A stretch of DNA of 43,354 nt from a virus. The notes under the pieces are model-generated. The model saw only the letters and a program-made list of their open reading frames with translations, searched no databases and was not told the DNA's origin. The stretch's first letter is position 1. Every line of letters starts with the position of its first letter. Position numbers and translations under genes: made by a program. Shown piece by piece: positions 40,590 through 43,354 of the stretch. The stretch lies in IMG/VR virus record IMGVR_UViG_3300045988_068374; one strand, given 5' to 3'.

Positions 40590-41113
40590 GGGCTGAGATA
40601 CACGATCTGACTTTCACGATGGACGGTGCGCAGGTGATATCTTTCCGCACAAAGGACGATTGCCGAGAGCTGTACGAAACGCTGAAAGGCAAGGATTTAG
40701 ATGTTACGGCCAAGAAACACCGCGAACCGCGCAGTCTGAACGCTAACGCCTACGCGTGGAAGCTGATAGACGAAATATCGCTTGCTACGCGGATAAGCCC
40801 CAAAACCGTATACCGCAGGGCGCTTGAAGATGTTCCGACGATACGCTACACGCTGCTTGTGGCCGATGAAGATGTAGAAAACGCTATAGCCGACTTTGTG
40901 CGCGGCCACATCGGGCGACGATGCGACAAGCAATATGCCTACACCGGCTATACGAACGTTACGTTTCACAGCGGCAGTTCCGATTTTGATACCCGGCAAA
41001 TGTCGATGCTGATAGACAATCTGATTCAGGACTGCCGGGCGCTGGGTATCGAAACAAGGCCGGTAGACGAAATAGAAGCTTTGTTGGAGGCGTGGGATGG
41101 AAAAATGGGTTGA
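40586..41113 (+). CDS. NinB/Orf-like recombination mediator
   Basis: PRSLNANAYAWKLIDEIS and GSSDFDTRQMSMLIDNLIQDCRALGIET parallel lambda NinB (RSLDQNRKLWA ... STSRM..GEF..L). Confidence 0.55.
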   Translation: MRAEIHDLTFTMDGAQVISFRTKDDCRELYETLKGKDLDVTAKKHREPRSLNANAYAWKLIDEISLATRISPKTVYRRALEDVPTIRYTLLVADEDVENAIADFVRGHIGRRCDKQYAYTGYTNVTFHSGSSDFDTRQMSMLIDNLIQDCRALGIETRPVDEIEALLEAWDGKMG

Positions 41114-41660
41114 TATAAAAGGCTATGAAGGGCTGTATATGATTTCTGATCAGGGTAATATCAAAGCTTTGCCTAAGTATGTGCCTTATACCCACGCGAA
41201 CGGCAAAAAGTGCTACAGGGCGGCAAAAGAACAAATCATGACACCCCACGATAACGGCAATGGTTATCAGTATATTACACTTCGCAAAAATAAGGTCAGG
41301 AAGAATTATTATGTACATCGATTAGTTGCTGAAGCTTTTTGCGAACATCCTGCTGGCTGCGATTATGTCGATCACATAAATAATGTAAAGACCGACAACA
41401 GAGCGGCAAATCTGCAATGGCTAACGCAAAAGGCAAATATATTGAAATCAGTTCCTAATATGCGTGTGCCGCGTAGCAGGTTTAAGGCAACTAACACAGG
41501 CCACAAATATATCAGTTTTCGGGAAAACAGGTATCGGTTCTGCTTTAAAAGCAAATCCGAAGGCATAAAAAATTACACTTCGCACAAGACCTTAGAGGAA
41601 GCGCTTAGGAGAAGGGAGGCGGTATTGAGTGGCACAAAGTATTATGCAGGCATCGCGTGA
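41097..41660 (+). CDS. HNH homing endonuclease (NUMOD4 + HNH_3)
   Basis: WVDIKGYEGLYMISDQGNI is NUMOD4-type. VHRLVAEAFC...VDHINNVKTDNRAANLQWLTQKAN is HNH-type. AT-rich island. Confidence 0.85.
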   Translation: MEKWVDIKGYEGLYMISDQGNIKALPKYVPYTHANGKKCYRAAKEQIMTPHDNGNGYQYITLRKNKVRKNYYVHRLVAEAFCEHPAGCDYVDHINNVKTDNRAANLQWLTQKANILKSVPNMRVPRSRFKATNTGHKYISFRENRYRFCFKSKSEGIKNYTSHKTLEEALRRREAVLSGTKYYAGIA

Positions 41661-41913
41661 ATGTTTTATCACCGGCAGCACAACAAATTTGGTTCGCCAC
41701 CATTAGCACATTTACGCGGGCGGCAGACGGCAGACTTCGGAAAAGTGGGGCTGTTGGGTGTGGCTGCGCTACGACTGGCACAACGGCGCAAGCTACGGCG
41801 TTCACTTCAACCGTGATCTTGATATCCGGTTAAAGCAGCAGTGCCAGGAACGATTTGAAAAACTATACGGACACAATAAATTCATGGAAGTGTTCGGCAA
41901 GTCATGGATATGA
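41644..41913 (+). pseudogene. small HNH-type (HNHc_6-like) nuclease gene interrupted by a single in-frame TAG at 41704-41706
   Basis: Translation MQASRECFITGSTTNLVRHH*HIYAGGRRQTSEKWG..WHNGASYGVHFNRDLDIRLKQQCQERFEKLYGHNKFMEVFGKSWI. The family consensus I remember is C.ITG....HHIF.G..R..SEK.G....H....GVH.N... Confidence 0.55.
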
Positions 41914-41929
41914 AAGGGGATAACACATC

Positions 41930-42328
41930 ATGTTGAATTCAACCACCATAATGGGGCGGCTTACAAAAACGCCCGAACTGCGATACACAAAGACGGGCGT
42001 ACCCGTCGTGTCGTTTTCCGTTGCCTGCCAGCGCGACTATGCAGGCTTGGAGGGCGGGCAGGCCAAAACCGATTTTTTCGGCTGCGACGCATGGCGCGGT
42101 ACGGCTGAATTTATCGCCAAGTATTTCGATACCGGCGATATGATCGTCGTTTCCGGCAGATTGCAGAACGACGAATGGACGGACAACGACGGCAAACGCC
42201 GCGTTACAACGAAGATCACCGCCGAACATGTCTATTTCGGCGAAAGCCGCAGAAGCAAGCAGGTAGCGGATATAAGCGCCGCAGACTTTGAAGACCTCGA
42301 CGATGACGGCGAATTGCCTTTTATTTAA
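41930..42328 (+). CDS. ssb: single-stranded DNA-binding protein
   Basis: OB-fold pattern IMGRLTKTPELRYTKTGVPVVSFSVA...DFF.C..W...AE. Acidic tail DDDGELPFI. Confidence 0.9.
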   Translation: MLNSTTIMGRLTKTPELRYTKTGVPVVSFSVACQRDYAGLEGGQAKTDFFGCDAWRGTAEFIAKYFDTGDMIVVSGRLQNDEWTDNDGKRRVTTKITAEHVYFGESRRSKQVADISAADFEDLDDDGELPFI

Positions 42329-42344
42329 GATGTAGGTGTAGGTA

Positions 42345-43076
42345 ATGGCAAAAAAATATGTCAAGGCCTATTTCGATTGGATCGAGCAAATGTCAGCTCT
42401 GTCAGATGCTGAAAAAGGACGGCTATTTACCGCCATACTTGAATATGCGCGGTCAGGCCGGGAGCCTGAAAACAGCGGACGGGAAGGGCTCGTATTTCCG
42501 ACATTCAAGGCGACATTAGACCGAGAAGCTGAAATTGCCGCTATTAACGCAGAAAACGGCGCCAAAGGCGGCAGACCAGTAAAACCGACTGAAACCGAAA
42601 ATAACCGAACCAAACCGACCAAAACCGAAAATAACCGAAAGAAAGCGGATGAAACCGAACAAAAGCCTACTAATAACACAAGACATAAGACACAAGACAC
42701 AATGACACAAGACATAGGACAAAAGACACAAGACAAAAGCGCGCGCACGCGCGATGCTGACGCATTTGCCGCTTTCGCGGCTGGTGATGGTGATCTTTTG
42801 GCAGTCTTAAAGGATTTTGAGAAGATGCGCAGGAGCATCAAAAAACCGCTTACCGACACAGCAAAGAAGCTTTTGGTAAACAAGCTTGAAAACAACTTCC
42901 CGCCGGAGCAGTGGAAGCCGGTGATTGAGCAATCGATCGTTAAGTGCTGGCAGGATATATACCCGCTCAAGGAGCAGGAGCAGCAGCGGTTGGGCGTTGT
43001 TGCGCACAGCGAAAAGGCAAGTGCGCAGCAGCTTGAAAGCCTTAAGGAAATCTACAGGAAAGTAAAAGGAGAATAA
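42345..43076 (+). CDS. replisome organizer / DnaD-like replication initiation protein
   Basis: N-terminus YFDWIEQMSALSDAEKGRLFTAILEYARSG. Low-complexity linker. C-terminus KCWQDIYPLK is typical of phage replisome organizers. Confidence 0.65.
   Translation: MAKKYVKAYFDWIEQMSALSDAEKGRLFTAILEYARSGREPENSGREGLVFPTFKATLDREAEIAAINAENGAKGGRPVKPTETENNRTKPTKTENNRKKADETEQKPTNNTRHKTQDTMTQDIGQKTQDKSARTRDADAFAAFAAGDGDLLAVLKDFEKMRRSIKKPLTDTAKKLLVNKLENNFPPEQWKPVIEQSIVKCWQDIYPLKEQEQQRLGVVAHSEKASAQQLESLKEIYRKVKGE
42581..42670. repeat. nine consecutive 10-bp-phased A-tract units (nAAAnCnnnn), including an 18-bp perfect repeat at 30-bp spacing
   Basis: aaaaccgact gaaaccgaaa ataaccgaac caaaccgacc aaaaccgaaa ataaccgaaa gaaagcggat gaaaccgaac aaaagcctac. 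AAACCGAAAATAACCGAA occurs at 42592 and 42622. Confidence 0.85.
42676..42735. repeat. four copies of ACACAAGACA (iteron-like)
   Basis: Copies at 42676, 42690, 42705 and 42726, followed by the alternating GC run GCGCGCGCACGCGCG. Confidence 0.85.
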
Positions 43077-43078
43077 CG

Positions 43079-43354
43079 ATGAAAGAAATCATATGTACAA
43101 CACAGGCCGAGCTTGATGCCGTAGCCGTAGATTTTGATGGCAAGGTAATTATCAAATTCGGCACACCGGATAATCGTGCGGTGGTGAATAGGCGATTTAA
43201 ATACCCTGTCAAGGCGCATGGCAACAGCTCCGTTACGGCGCATGGCAACAGCTCCGTTACGGCGTATGGCAACAGCAGCGTTTGGGCGCATGACAACAGC
43301 TCCGTTACGGCGCATGGCAACAGCTCCGTTACGGCGCATGGCAACAGCTCCGTT
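43079..43354 (+). CDS. octapeptide-repeat protein, N-terminal part (runs off the window end; continues at 1..621)
   Basis: ATG lies 2 nt after the upstream stop. 92 codons are open to the last base. Translation MKEIICTTQAELDAVAVDFDGKVIIKFGTPDNRAVVNRRFKYPVK, then AHGNSSVT units. Confidence 0.75.
   Translation, partial: MKEIICTTQAELDAVAVDFDGKVIIKFGTPDNRAVVNRRFKYPVKAHGNSSVTAHGNSSVTAYGNSSVWAHDNSSVTAHGNSSVTAHGNSSV
43214..43354 (+). repeat. 24-nt tandem repeat array (first half), coding
   Basis: gcgcatggcaacagctccgttacg units repeat head to tail to the last base. Confidence 0.9.

Larger units (their letters stand above)
1..43354. mobile_element. complete temperate phage genome (circular or circularly permuted); no host flanks visible
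   Basis: Single copy of each module (integration, immunity, replication/recombination, packaging, head, tail, lysis). The ends join in frame inside one gene. First 24 nt are identical to the last 24 nt. Confidence 0.8.

Noticed and set aside
41704-41706. Genome-wide TAG (amber) reassignment
   Set aside because: TAG terminates several well-supported genes here, with stops at 2280-2282, 6710-6712, 7267-7269, 16861-16863 and 39929-39931. All large genes are intact under the standard code. Only one small gene has an internal TAG.
43214-43354. 24-nt tandem repeats at both window ends as a CRISPR array or terminal att/DTR repeats
   Set aside because: The units are contiguous with no spacers, stay in phase with an open reading frame and encode a regular octapeptide. 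The real attachment site is at about 34.2 kb.
1-43354. CRISPR arrays, reverse transcriptase/DGR, toxin genes, transposases, tail tube/sheath/tape-measure genes
   Set aside because: I looked for them on both strands and found none recognisable by motif. Absence of a tail tube or tape measure is an inference from reading, not from profile searches.

Overview
The window appears to be a complete temperate dsDNA phage genome (43,354 bp), circularly closed or circularly permuted, and not a host region. The last 24 nt equal the first 24 nt. One ORF (ATG 43079) runs off the 3' end on a codon boundary and continues in frame 1 from base 1 to a stop at 619-621, through the same 24-nt tandem repeat. Every module occurs once. 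(1) Lysogeny module, mostly on the minus strand (34.2-38.6 kb): attP with a tRNA 3' fragment flanked by arm-type repeats, tyrosine integrase, a membrane-anchored XRE regulator behind a 20-bp-periodic repeat array, an AT-rich moron, a lipoprotein, a 4-TM protein and a CI-like repressor. (2) Genetic switch at 38.57-38.80 kb. (3) Early operon on the plus strand (38.8 kb, through the junction, to about 6.7 kb): Cro-like HTH, Gp157-like protein, Rad52/Sak-like annealase, NinB-like protein, SSB, DnaD-like replisome organizer with an embedded ori-like repeat field, the octapeptide-repeat protein, a SleB-type hydrolase, an orphan DNA methyltransferase, two HNH homing endonucleases in AT-rich islands, and many small Cys-rich or HTH proteins. 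(4) Late operon (6.8-31.2 kb): TerS, TerL, portal, phage-encoded Prp protease, scaffold and major capsid (both carrying a Prp-type WLQLFA/D leader), virion proteins, a 2,562-aa multi-domain protein, tail fibre, Ig-domain adhesin, CHAP endolysin and holins. I could not recognise a tail tube, sheath or tape-measure gene, so the virion is probably podovirus-like. (5) A seven-gene accessory cassette of unknown function lies between the lysis terminator and attP (31.3-34.2 kb). The most unusual items are: a roughly 240-nt structured non-coding leader (possible pseudoknot, hairpin and a tRNA-like element with no anticodon arm) between prp and the scaffold gene; the post-lysis cassette (Gly/Trp- and Cys-rich membrane protein, stand-alone C1q/TNF-like protein); the giant multi-domain virion protein; a small HNH-type gene interrupted by one in-frame TAG right after a homing endonuclease; and the repeat-driven membrane XRE locus. 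All functional calls come from reading motifs and recalling families. No database search was run.
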